A stretch of DNA of 35,205 nucleotides, taken from assembly GCA_964643685.1 (NCBI GenBank), contig CAZXTN010000007.1:1-35205 (forward strand), given 5' to 3'. Below are positions 1 through 8,608 of this stretch, in pieces; the first letter of the stretch is position 1; each line of letters opens with the position of its first letter. The notes under the pieces are model-generated. The model saw nothing but the letters and a program-made list of their open reading frames with translations, was not told the origin of the DNA and did no database searches. Position numbers and translations under genes: made by a program. This stretch comes from Candidatus Micrarchaeota archaeon (lineage in GTDB: Archaea > B1Sed10-29 > JAJRYS01).

Positions 1-407
1 CTGTTTTTCCATTCATTTTCCTTAAAGCCAATGAAATCAAAACCGTTTTTCAACAATAAAACAAGCATGCTCTTCCATTTATTAGAACTTTTAACATACA
101 TTGAATCATAACCTTGTTCTCTTGCAAAACTCTCCTGATGAGCCAGTAGCTTCTTTCCAATTCCCTTGCCTCTGTGTTCAGGAAGCACACCCATCATCCA
201 CAAGTAATACTTTCCTTTCTTCTCATAACCAAAAGCATACCCAGCAACTTTACCTTCATCCTTGCACAAAGAAATAAAACAATTCCTGTAAGTCGCCAGC
301 CTGTTTTTCATTTTTTCAACAGAATTCTCTTCATTAAAAACAACCTTATTTACTTTTTCAATGCTTTCAAAATCAATTTCACTTCCTTTAATACACTCAA
401 GAGCCAT
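1..407 (-). CDS. GNAT family N-acetyltransferase (3' end runs off the window)
   Basis: Hand translation from ATG at 407: MALECIKGSEIDFE...YYLWMMGVLPEHRGKGIGKKLL...KNGF. Contains the acetyl-CoA motif A (V.PEHRGKGIG). No stop before base 1, so it is absent from the ORF track. Confidence 0.85.
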   Translation of the reverse strand, partial: MALECIKGSEIDFESIEKVNKVVFNEENSVEKMKNRLATYRNCFISLCKDEGKVAGYAFGYEKKGKYYLWMMGVLPEHRGKGIGKKLLAHQESFAREQGYDSMYVKSSNKWKSMLVLLLKNGFDFIGFKENEWKN

Positions 408-474
408 AAACAACCACCTTCTTTAATTAATAAATAACTTTAACATTAAAAAAACATAGTAAAAAGTGATTTTT

Positions 475-912
475 ATGAAATACATTAAAAAAGTTTTTCA
501 AAGCAAACCCTGTCTCGCTACATTTACCCTATCGCTTATACTTAGCTACTTCTTAATTCCAAAAAAAGTGTTCTATGAGTCATTTATTTTAATTGCTTTT
601 GCTTTCATGTTCCTGTTTGCATTAATTATCACATGCACCATCAGGAACTTTAAAGAAAAAATAAAGCTGGCAAAAGGAACCAAAGCATCAGGATTGGCTG
701 CTTTTGCAACTGCGCTTGGCTTGATTTCACTGCAAGTCTGCGGAGTCGGAGCGCCGGTATGCGGAGCAACAGTAGGCATAGGCATACTGTCAATTTTCCT
801 GCCTGCAACAGCAATAGGACTAATAGAAAATTATGAAATAGAAATAATAATAGCAACAATCCTCTTGCAATTCATTTCATTAAAGTATATGAACTGTTTC
901 AAAGAAGTATAA
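475..912 (+). CDS. Hypothetical integral membrane protein (about 4 TM) with several Cys, including VCGVGAPVCG
   Basis: ORF 466..912 with likely ATG at 475; several long hydrophobic stretches. Confidence 0.7.
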   Translation: MKYIKKVFQSKPCLATFTLSLILSYFLIPKKVFYESFILIAFAFMFLFALIITCTIRNFKEKIKLAKGTKASGLAAFATALGLISLQVCGVGAPVCGATVGIGILSIFLPATAIGLIENYEIEIIIATILLQFISLKYMNCFKEV

Positions 913-935
913 AAAACAAGAAAAAAAAGGGTTTT

Positions 936-2147
936 TTATTTCTTCAGTGGATTCATTATAAGCCAGCTTAAGGCTTGTTCATCCCAATTGCTTCTTGCGT
1001 TTTCAATTAATTCTTTTTCACTTATTTTCTTAACTATTTCTTCTTTTTCAGCAAGCAAATTAAGGTCATTAAATTGTGAAAAATAACGCAAGGTATTTAT
1101 TCTTCTTTCAAAACTCTGCTCGCTTAAATAAGAATTCATTAAATACGCTTTTTTAGTTGCATTAAACAATTTTTTCTTAATTTTTCCCTGCTGAATTTTT
1201 TCAATTTCTTTTTTTATAATTTTTTCAGCTAACCCTATTTTTTCAGGTTCAAGAGAAAAAGAAAAAAACTGAACAAAACCATTTTTTAAACCATAATTTC
1301 TTGAAATAGTAGAGTAAATCAAGCTTCTTTTATCTCTTAATTCATATGAAATTACTTTTTTCAGATAATCTCTGAAAATTATTGAATGAAAATGATTCTC
1401 TTTATCATCTCTTGCAACATAAGAAAAGTAAAGCTTCGGCTTTTTCAAAACTTCATTTTCAACAATCCCCTTCTCTCCTTTTTTTAACTTGAAATTTTTT
1501 ACTTGCTTTGTTTTTCCTTTTTTCAAAGAACCTAACTCATTTTCAAAAAAGTCAACAACCTCTCTTTCATTAAAATTGCCTATTATAACAGAATGCATGT
1601 TGTTAGGTTTTCGTATTTCATTCAGCCTTTTTTTAACCTTAGAAAAAGTCATTTTTTTAATATCCTCTTCTTGTCCAAGAGTCTTGAAAGGGCTGTATCC
1701 TTTAATCAGCCATTCTAAAAAAACAGAATCCTTCCTAACTCTTTCTTTTTTCAAAGCAAGCTCCTGCAAAATAACCTCTTTTTCCTTTTCAACATCTTCC
1801 TTGTTAAATTTAATTTGCTTAATTGAACCTGTTTCTAATTCCATTAGAAAATCCAGGTCTTCATTTAAAACAACTCCATTCAACTGCATTGAAAAAGGAG
1901 AAGTTGAGCCATTAGCTCTTCCTCCTCTTTCAGCTACTTTTTTCAAAAGCCATTCTCTTTTTCCTGAGCTAGAATCCCTTAAAAGCATGTGCTCTAAAAA
2001 ATGAGTGCTTCCATTCATGCCCCTAGATTCTGTCAATGAACCTGACTTGAATCCAATTGAAAAAGCAGACACAGGTGACTTTTTTTTCTCCATTACTATC
2101 TCAAATCCATTGCTTAATTTTTCAACTGCAATACTCAAACGCAACAC
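936..2147 (-). CDS. M16 (insulinase/pitrilysin) family zinc peptidase
   Basis: Inverted zincin motif HFLEH in GSTHFLEHML, preceded by GS..E...NG; downstream EKEVILQE; C-terminal ELRDKRSLIYS. Confidence 0.9.
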   Translation of the reverse strand: MLRLSIAVEKLSNGFEIVMEKKKSPVSAFSIGFKSGSLTESRGMNGSTHFLEHMLLRDSSSGKREWLLKKVAERGGRANGSTSPFSMQLNGVVLNEDLDFLMELETGSIKQIKFNKEDVEKEKEVILQELALKKERVRKDSVFLEWLIKGYSPFKTLGQEEDIKKMTFSKVKKRLNEIRKPNNMHSVIIGNFNEREVVDFFENELGSLKKGKTKQVKNFKLKKGEKGIVENEVLKKPKLYFSYVARDDKENHFHSIIFRDYLKKVISYELRDKRSLIYSTISRNYGLKNGFVQFFSFSLEPEKIGLAEKIIKKEIEKIQQGKIKKKLFNATKKAYLMNSYLSEQSFERRINTLRYFSQFNDLNLLAEKEEIVKKISEKELIENARSNWDEQALSWLIMNPLKK

Positions 2148-2315
2148 CCCTCTAATTTTTAAAAAACAAGCTGAATTTTTCCATTAACAATTGCGAAGTT
2201 GAGCAATAAAAAACAGTAGCAGACAAGCAAAAAAGAATTAACTTTATAAATGCCAAAAAGCATAATTAAAAGCAAGTAAACAAAAAATTATAATAAATGT
2301 ATGCTGTTGCTGTTT

Positions 2316-2999
2316 TTACAGCCCTCTTACTTCTACTTTTTTAACATATTTTTTCATGATGTCAGCGAATTCATAAAGCTTTTCCTTCTTGTAAGGCTCG
2401 ACATCGCTTGCTGCAAGCGTTTCCTTGTTCCTGAACTGCTGAACAAAGTAAATATTTGCTCCTTTAATCAGCTCACCTATTTTATGAAAATCGTCAGCAG
2501 TCAAAGAAGGGAACACTGTTGTTCTGAATTCATAACTTCCAAAATCCATCAGCAACTTAATGCTTTTTTTAATGTTTTCCTTGTTCACTGGCATTTGCAC
2601 TATTTCATCGTATTTTTCAAGAGAAGCTTTGATGTCCATTGCTACATAATCAGCAAGCCCTTCATCTAAAATCTCCTTTAAAATTCCAGGGTTAGTGCCG
2701 TTGCTGTCAAGCTTTACATAAAAACCCATGTCCTTCAATTTTCTTAGAAAATCTTTCAAGTCAGGCTGGAGAGTCGGCTCTCCTCCAGTTACAGTAACAG
2801 CGTCGACATAACCTTTTCTTTTTTCCAAGTAATCCCAAACTTCTTTCTCGTCAATCAAACCTGTTTCAGATTCAAGTGGAATTAAATTGTAATTGTGGCA
2901 GTAAACGCATTTGTAATTGCACCCTTGCGTAAAAATTATTGAACTTACTTTTCCTTTCAATTCAATGAAGCTTACTTTTTCAAAACCAGCAATTTTCAT
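2316..2999 (-). CDS. nrdG: Anaerobic ribonucleotide reductase activating protein (radical SAM)
   Basis: GCNYKCVYCHN CxxxCxxC motif, VTGGEPTLQ, KLDSNGT; downstream of nrdD; GGTGA RBS. Confidence 0.93.
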   Translation of the reverse strand: MKIAGFEKVSFIELKGKVSSIIFTQGCNYKCVYCHNYNLIPLESETGLIDEKEVWDYLEKRKGYVDAVTVTGGEPTLQPDLKDFLRKLKDMGFYVKLDSNGTNPGILKEILDEGLADYVAMDIKASLEKYDEIVQMPVNKENIKKSIKLLMDFGSYEFRTTVFPSLTADDFHKIGELIKGANIYFVQQFRNKETLAASDVEPYKKEKLYEFADIMKKYVKKVEVRGL

Positions 3000-3112
3000 T
3001 TATTCACACTCACCATAGGTAAATGAAAATGTTTGAGCAGTTTTAACTGCAATTTAATAAGCATGGTGATAAAACCTCTTTTGTAACTTTTTTAAAAAAA
3101 AAGAAGGAAGGT

Positions 3113-3289
3113 TTAATGATTTTTTATTTTCATTCCAGCTGAGTACTGCGGAAGCCCTTTCTTAATCAATTCCCTGTCTCTAAATTCCTCTTGCTTGCCT
3201 TCATTCCACTGGTTCACAGGCCTCAAATAACCGACTACTCTTGAATAAATTTCAGTTCTTGTCCTCAATTCATTTGGTAACTCATCCAT
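3113..3289 (-). CDS. 58-aa stand-alone NrdD C-terminal glycyl-radical peptide (second part of a split class III RNR)
   Basis: Hand translation: MDELPNELRTRTEIYSRVVGYLRPVNQWNEGKQEEFRDRELIKKGLPQYSAGMKIKNH. YSRVVGYLRP is the NrdD glycyl-radical motif. RBS-like GGAGTTGA upstream. Confidence 0.9.
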   Translation of the reverse strand: MDELPNELRTRTEIYSRVVGYLRPVNQWNEGKQEEFRDRELIKKGLPQYSAGMKIKNH

Positions 3290-3316
3290 TTTTTCATCAA
3301 CTCCTTCTTCTCTTTT

Positions 3317-6300
3317 TTATTTAATTAAATTAGCTTGTGACTGCTGGTTTGCATTCACTTGCTTGGTTTTCATTTTCTGCCTCAACTCTTCGTCGCAAAT
3401 CGGGCAGTATTCATGCTCACCTGCAATGTACCCGTGGATTGGGCAAATGCTGAACGTTGGAGTAATTGACAAGTAAGGCAAAGTGTACTTTTCAAACACT
3501 TTCTTGACAACTGTCTTAGCTGCATCCTTGTCAATTCTCTCTCCGAGGAAAGCATGGAACACTGTTCCGCCAGTGTATCTTGACTGAAGTGGGTCCTGGT
3601 TGTCAAGTATTTCAAACAAGTCGCCGCTCCAGCCGACAGGAGGTAAGCTTGAGTTAGTGTAATAAGGCTTGGCGTCATGCGCTCTGTAAGCTTGTTCATT
3701 AGCTACTATTATTTTAGGGTAATTTTTCTTGTCTATTCTAGCTAGCCTGTAAGTTGCTCCTTCAGCTGGACTTGCTTCTAAGTTGAACACATGCCCAGTT
3801 TCCTCTTGGTATTCAGCCAGCCTGTCTCTCATGAAATCCATGATTTTAATTGCAAACGCGTGGCCTTCAGGATTAGTCAAGTCAACACCCATGAAATTCA
3901 ACAATGCTTCGTTCATTCCAATCAAGCCGATTGTTGAAAAGTGGTTTTTCCAATACTCGTTGTACATGTCCTTGATTCCTCTCAAGTAAAATCTGGAGTA
4001 AGGGTACAATCCTTTTTCAGTGTAATGCTCGATGAATTTCCTTTTCAATTCAAGTGACTCCTTAGCCAAGTCCATTAAGTAAGATAATTTTTCAAAGAAT
4101 TTTTCCTCTGACTTTGACAAGTAGCCAATCTTAGGCAAGTTTATGGTGACAACACCTATGCTTCCTGTCAGAGGATTAGCTCCAAACAAGCCTCCTCCTC
4201 TTTTACGAAGCTCTCTTGTATCCAAACGCAGCCTACAGCACATGCTTCTTACGTCATCAGGGCTCATGTCACTGTTTATGAAGTTGGCAAAGTAAGGAAT
4301 GCCATATTTTCCAGTCATTTCCCAGATAGCATCCTGGTTTTCATTATCCCAGTCAAAATCCTTTGTAATGTTATAAGTTGGAATAGGGAAAGTGAATGGG
4401 CGTCCGCTTGCATCTCCTTCAAGCATCACTTCAGCAAAAGCGCGGTTAATCATGTCCATTTCATCTTGAAAACTGCCGTAAGTATCGTTAGTAATATTCC
4501 CGCCTATGATTGCCGGAAGGTTCTGCATGAACTTAGGCACTTTCAAATCCATTGTAATATTAGTGAAAGGAGTGTTTCCTGTGATGAAAACTTTGCCTTT
4601 TCTTCTTGCGATTATTGTTTCATTTTTTGTATGAGGGCACCAGATTACACCATCATAATCTACTTTTTTAATCTTCTGAATGTAAGTTTCAGAATGCTTG
4701 ATTAAGCGAAGCACAAAAATATCTTTTGTTCCTATTGTTGGTTTTCTAACAAGAGTGGTGAACCCGTATCCTGCATTCACTGCTATGATTTGCAAGGCGT
4801 CGAGAATTTCCCTGCTGGTAGTTGCAATTTTACTTTCTTCAAAACCATCTGCTTTCAAATAAGTTTCTAAAAACAGCTTGGATTGCTCTTGATTCAAGCC
4901 AAGGAGAATTGAAGGGATAAACTTAATTGTTTCCCTTGTTCCAAACCACTTGTGTACTTTCTTAGAACTTTCTGCATTCAGCCTCATTCTTCTAACAGGC
5001 TTTCCTAATCCAGTTGATTCAAATTCAGAGTAAGTTAATTTAAAATGATTCAATAATTTCTTGATTTCATTGTAGTGCTTTGAGTTTTTTTCTTTAGATT
5101 GGTAAATGGAAATCCTGTAACAACTCCTGTGATTAACTGGTTTTTCAACACTTCCTTCAGCAATAATCCATGCCATTAGCTTAATTTGTTCATCACTAAT
5201 TCCTGCTTTTTTGTTTGAATTTTCACCTGCAATTGGAATAATAAAAGGAGATTTTAGCTTGGCAACTTCTTCAATTGGTTCCAATACAAAAGAATCTGAA
5301 TTGAATAATTTTCTCACAACCCTATGTTTAGGTGAAATCAACTGATCCTGAATCCTGTTTTTTAAATTATACATCTTGCCCTTGTATCTTCTTTTAAAAA
5401 CATAAGTGACTTTCTGATCTTCAATTTTACCTGTTTTCAAGTTGAATGTTTTAATTGAACTGCCTTCATTAACCTCATCATAACTTTTCCAGCCTTCAGG
5501 AGTTAAAATTTCAGTGTCCTCAGAAACACATTGAAAACCGACACGAGTAGGCACATTCACATTGTAAATGAACTCCTGCATAGCCTGCTTTACTTCCTTG
5601 TAATCCATTTTGTCATAGGCTATGAAAGGAGCCAAGTAAGTGTCAAAATTAGAGAAAGCCTGCGCTCCAGCAGCTTCACCCTGCAAAGTATAGAAAAAAT
5701 TCACTATCTGCCCTAAAGCTGTTCTGAAATGTTTAGCTGGCTTAGAAGCTACTTTTCCAGGCACTCCCTTGAAACCGACGCTAAGCAAGTCCTGTAAGTC
5801 CCATCCAACGCAATAAGCAGCCAAGCTGCCCAAGTCATGAATGTGAAAATCACCCAGCTTATGCGCGTTTCCAATCTTGCTAGGATACAATTTATTCAGC
5901 CAATACTTGGCTACAAGCTCTGATGAAATGTGAAAATTCAATCCCTGCAGAGAGTAAGTCATGTTCGCATTTTCCTTGACTCTCCAGTCATTCTGGTTCA
6001 AATAAGCTTCCATTAAGTCAAAGTTGCCGAGCATGGAACTAAGTTCCCTCAAATCAGCGTGATTATGCCTGTAAAGAATGTAAGCCTTGGCTGTCTTAGC
6101 ATGCCCCTGTTCAATCAAGACTTTTTCAACAACATCCTGCACATCCTCTACATTAGGAATATTGTCATCATCAAAATTTTTTTCAAGTTCAGCAACGACA
6201 ATTTTAGTCAACTGCCTCGCTCTTTCAATGTCTCTGCCTCCAACAGCCCTAGCAGCTGCAAAAATGGCATTCACAATTCTTTCATCGTCAAAATCAACAA

Positions 6301-6334
6301 CAGTTCCGTCTCTTTTCTTAATTTTCGTCAACAT
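3317..6334 (-). CDS. nrdD: Anaerobic (class III) ribonucleoside-triphosphate reductase with N-terminal ATP cone and an intein; lacks the glycyl-radical loop
   Basis: IKKRDG ATP cone, HIHDL, SMCCRL finger loop, CPIH...CPIC zinc site. Start at 6334 or 6340 after GGAGGT. Confidence 0.95.
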   Translation of the reverse strand: MLTKIKKRDGTVVDFDDERIVNAIFAAARAVGGRDIERARQLTKIVVAELEKNFDDDNIPNVEDVQDVVEKVLIEQGHAKTAKAYILYRHNHADLRELSSMLGNFDLMEAYLNQNDWRVKENANMTYSLQGLNFHISSELVAKYWLNKLYPSKIGNAHKLGDFHIHDLGSLAAYCVGWDLQDLLSVGFKGVPGKVASKPAKHFRTALGQIVNFFYTLQGEAAGAQAFSNFDTYLAPFIAYDKMDYKEVKQAMQEFIYNVNVPTRVGFQCVSEDTEILTPEGWKSYDEVNEGSSIKTFNLKTGKIEDQKVTYVFKRRYKGKMYNLKNRIQDQLISPKHRVVRKLFNSDSFVLEPIEEVAKLKSPFIIPIAGENSNKKAGISDEQIKLMAWIIAEGSVEKPVNHRSCYRISIYQSKEKNSKHYNEIKKLLNHFKLTYSEFESTGLGKPVRRMRLNAESSKKVHKWFGTRETIKFIPSILLGLNQEQSKLFLETYLKADGFEESKIATTSREILDALQIIAVNAGYGFTTLVRKPTIGTKDIFVLRLIKHSETYIQKIKKVDYDGVIWCPHTKNETIIARRKGKVFITGNTPFTNITMDLKVPKFMQNLPAIIGGNITNDTYGSFQDEMDMINRAFAEVMLEGDASGRPFTFPIPTYNITKDFDWDNENQDAIWEMTGKYGIPYFANFINSDMSPDDVRSMCCRLRLDTRELRKRGGGLFGANPLTGSIGVVTINLPKIGYLSKSEEKFFEKLSYLMDLAKESLELKRKFIEHYTEKGLYPYSRFYLRGIKDMYNEYWKNHFSTIGLIGMNEALLNFMGVDLTNPEGHAFAIKIMDFMRDRLAEYQEETGHVFNLEASPAEGATYRLARIDKKNYPKIIVANEQAYRAHDAKPYYTNSSLPPVGWSGDLFEILDNQDPLQSRYTGGTVFHAFLGERIDKDAAKTVVKKVFEKYTLPYLSITPTFSICPIHGYIAGEHEYCPICDEELRQKMKTKQVNANQQSQANLIK
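4574..5530 (-). mobile_element. 319-aa intein with LAGLIDADG homing endonuclease, inside nrdD
   Basis: RVGFQ|CVSEDTEILTPEGWK ... KVFITGN|TPFTN. Cys1, block B SPKH, LAGLIDADG-like MAWIIAEGS and FLETYLKADG, terminal Asn, Thr+1. Confidence 0.93.
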
Positions 6335-6419
6335 CCTCATCCTACCTCCGCATAACAATACAAAAATGAAACAAAACCCCCCCTTGAAAAAATGAGAGTG
6401 ATATTTCAAACTCAAAAAA

Positions 6420-6440
6420 GGTATATTAATAAAAAGGTTT
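6420..6440 (-). promoter_or_regulatory. Putative BRE-TATA promoter for nrdD in the divergent nrdD/rio1 intergenic region
   Basis: Minus strand AAACC-TTTTTATTAATATA about 90 nt upstream of the start. Confidence 0.4.
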
Positions 6441-6633
6441 GAAAAATTAATTTGTTAATTTGCAAAAGTTAAAAAAGCTTATTTTTGCAATCTTTTTGCT
6501 GAAACAGATAAGCAGTTTGTTTAAAAACAATTAGCTTTTCTAATCTGCTTTTTTTATCTGATTGGTGTTGTTTTCTTTTAATTTTTTCAAAAAAACTGTT
6601 TTTTAAACAAGTATGCCCATTAATTATGCTTGT

Positions 6634-7374
6634 ATGGTGCTAGCTGAAAAAAGCAGTTTCAAAATTTACCAGAGGGTTTTTGACAAATACACTTTCAAAA
6701 GCCTTGCGAAGCTCGTGGATAAAAAATACTTCACTGTGCTTGATTTTCCAATCAGCACTGGAAAAGAAGCTGATGTCTACAAAGCCACTAAAATAAGCAA
6801 GGACAAAACTAAAGAGCCTGTGGCTGTTAAAATTTACAGGATTGAAACAAGCAATTTCAAGAAAATGCAGGAATACATGATAGGAGACCCTCGTTTTGAA
6901 AAAGTCAAAGGAACAAAAAGAGGAGTAGTTGAAGCATGGTGCAGGAAAGAACACAGGAACTTGAAAGACGCTTATGAAGCAGGAGTGAAAGTGCCTAAGC
7001 CAATTGCTTTTGAAAAAAACGTCCTAGTCATGGAGTTTATTGGAAAAAAAGACGGCTCCCCTTATCCTCTTTTAAAAGAAGCTGAAGTCAGAAACTGGAA
7101 AAAGCTGGTTGACAAGATTATCAGATACATTGAAGTTCTTTGGATAAAAGCAGGCATAGTTCACGGCGACTTGAATGAATACAACATAATAATGAAAAAC
7201 CAGTCTCCTGTTTTAATTGATATCGGCCAAGCCATGAGCATAAAGCACCCAATAGCACCTGAACTATTAAAAAGGGATTTAAACCAAATAAACAAGCTAG
7301 CTAAAAAGCACGGAGTAAAAATAAAAACCAATGAAGTATATAACAAGTTAACAAAGGATGTTGATTATGATTAA
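6634..7374 (+). CDS. rio1: RIO1 family atypical Ser/Thr kinase/ATPase (SSU biogenesis)
   Basis: ISTGKEADVY, AVKIYR, HGDLNEYNI, IDIGQA; start 6634 (or 6613); conserved neighbour of dim2-top6B-top6A. Confidence 0.93.
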   Translation: MVLAEKSSFKIYQRVFDKYTFKSLAKLVDKKYFTVLDFPISTGKEADVYKATKISKDKTKEPVAVKIYRIETSNFKKMQEYMIGDPRFEKVKGTKRGVVEAWCRKEHRNLKDAYEAGVKVPKPIAFEKNVLVMEFIGKKDGSPYPLLKEAEVRNWKKLVDKIIRYIEVLWIKAGIVHGDLNEYNIIMKNQSPVLIDIGQAMSIKHPIAPELLKRDLNQINKLAKKHGVKIKTNEVYNKLTKDVDYD

Positions 7375-8551
7375 AGCAGTTTTATTTGATGTAGATGGCA
7401 CAATAATCCCACTCGACTATGTAGTGGAAGGAATAAAAAAAACTTCTAAAAAAATGGGATTGAAAGAACTGACAAAAGAAGAAATTTACTCAAAAATAGT
7501 CGGACACACCTTGACTGAAAGGCTTAAAAACATTTACAAAAACCTTACAGACAAAGACGTTGAAAAATTCAGAAAAATTTACCATGAAGAATACAAAAAA
7601 ATAATTGAAAAACCCTTCCCAAACACAATAAGCACAATCAAAAAACTAAAACAAATGAACCTCAAAATAGGAATAGTTACAACCAAAAGCAGAGAAACAG
7701 CAACAGAAGCATTAAAAGAATCCAAAATACCATTCGAAGCCCTTGTAACAAGCAGCGACGTTGAAAACATCAAGCCATCACCAGAACCAGTGCTGAAAGC
7801 ATGCAAAAAACTCGGAGTAAAACCAGAAGAAGCAGTAATGATAGGAGACCACATATTCGACATGCAGTCAGCAAAAAACGCAGGAGCAACAGCAATTGGA
7901 GTAACAACAGGAGCAAGCACCAGACAAGAGCTTGAAAAAGAAGCAGATTACGTAATAGATGAAATAAGCGAAGCAATTGAAGTGATTGAAAAAATCAAGC
8001 AAAAACAAGATGAAGAACAGGAACTTGAAGAAACATTTGACATAATCAACATTCCAAAAGACAGAGTCGCTGTCCTCATAGGAAAAAAAGGAGAAACGAA
8101 AAAAGCAATTGAAAAACAAACAGACACGAAAATAGAAATCAGTTCAGACGGTGAAGTGATAATCAGAAGAAAAATAAACACCCAGGACCCCCTGAAGCAG
8201 CTGAAAGCGCATGAAATCATAAAAGCAATAGCAAGAGGATTCTCCCCTGAAAAAGCATTCAAGCTGCTGAAGCCTGAAAATTACCTGGAAATAATAAGCC
8301 TGACTGAACACGTTTCAGACAAAAGCCTTAAAAGAGTGCGTTCAAGAATAATAGGAAAAGAAGGCAAGGCAAGGAAATTCATCTCAAGGCTTACAAAAAC
8401 AGAAATAGTTATATATGGCAAAACAGTTTCTATAATAGGAAAAATTGAAAACAATCAAATTGCAAAAAAAGCAATCATGAAAATTGTTGAAGGAGCACCG
8501 CACAGTGCTGTTTTTAGGTTCCTGGAAAGGAACAGAATAAAAATAAAATAA
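7367..8551 (+). CDS. Fusion of a HAD-superfamily phosphatase (N-terminal) and the archaeal Dim2/Pno1 KH-domain rRNA-processing protein (C-terminal)
   Basis: HAD motifs FDVDGT, VTTKS, KPSP, IGDHIFD; acidic linker; KH motifs IPKDRVAVLIGKKG, AIARGFSPEKA, RIIGKEGK, GAPHSAV; single open frame. Confidence 0.9.
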   Translation: MIKAVLFDVDGTIIPLDYVVEGIKKTSKKMGLKELTKEEIYSKIVGHTLTERLKNIYKNLTDKDVEKFRKIYHEEYKKIIEKPFPNTISTIKKLKQMNLKIGIVTTKSRETATEALKESKIPFEALVTSSDVENIKPSPEPVLKACKKLGVKPEEAVMIGDHIFDMQSAKNAGATAIGVTTGASTRQELEKEADYVIDEISEAIEVIEKIKQKQDEEQELEETFDIINIPKDRVAVLIGKKGETKKAIEKQTDTKIEISSDGEVIIRRKINTQDPLKQLKAHEIIKAIARGFSPEKAFKLLKPENYLEIISLTEHVSDKSLKRVRSRIIGKEGKARKFISRLTKTEIVIYGKTVSIIGKIENNQIAKKAIMKIVEGAPHSAVFRFLERNRIKIK

Positions 8552-8608
8552 CCAAACTAATAAAAAACAAACCTTCTTTTCTTAAAAAAAAGAGGAAAAA
8601 AATTCAAG

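Noticed and set aside
174-437. 87-aa plus-strand ORF
   Set aside because: Antisense to the GNAT gene at 1-407, which has a clear motif
3317-3319. Alternative genetic code or Sec/Pyl recoding at the nrdD stop
   Set aside because: The stop is TAA, and TAA, TAG and TGA all terminate conserved genes at expected lengths elsewhere in the window
6341-6415. N-terminal extension of NrdD listed in the ORF track
   Set aside because: The GGAGGT RBS and ATP-cone start point to ATG 6334/6340; the extension is 5' UTR
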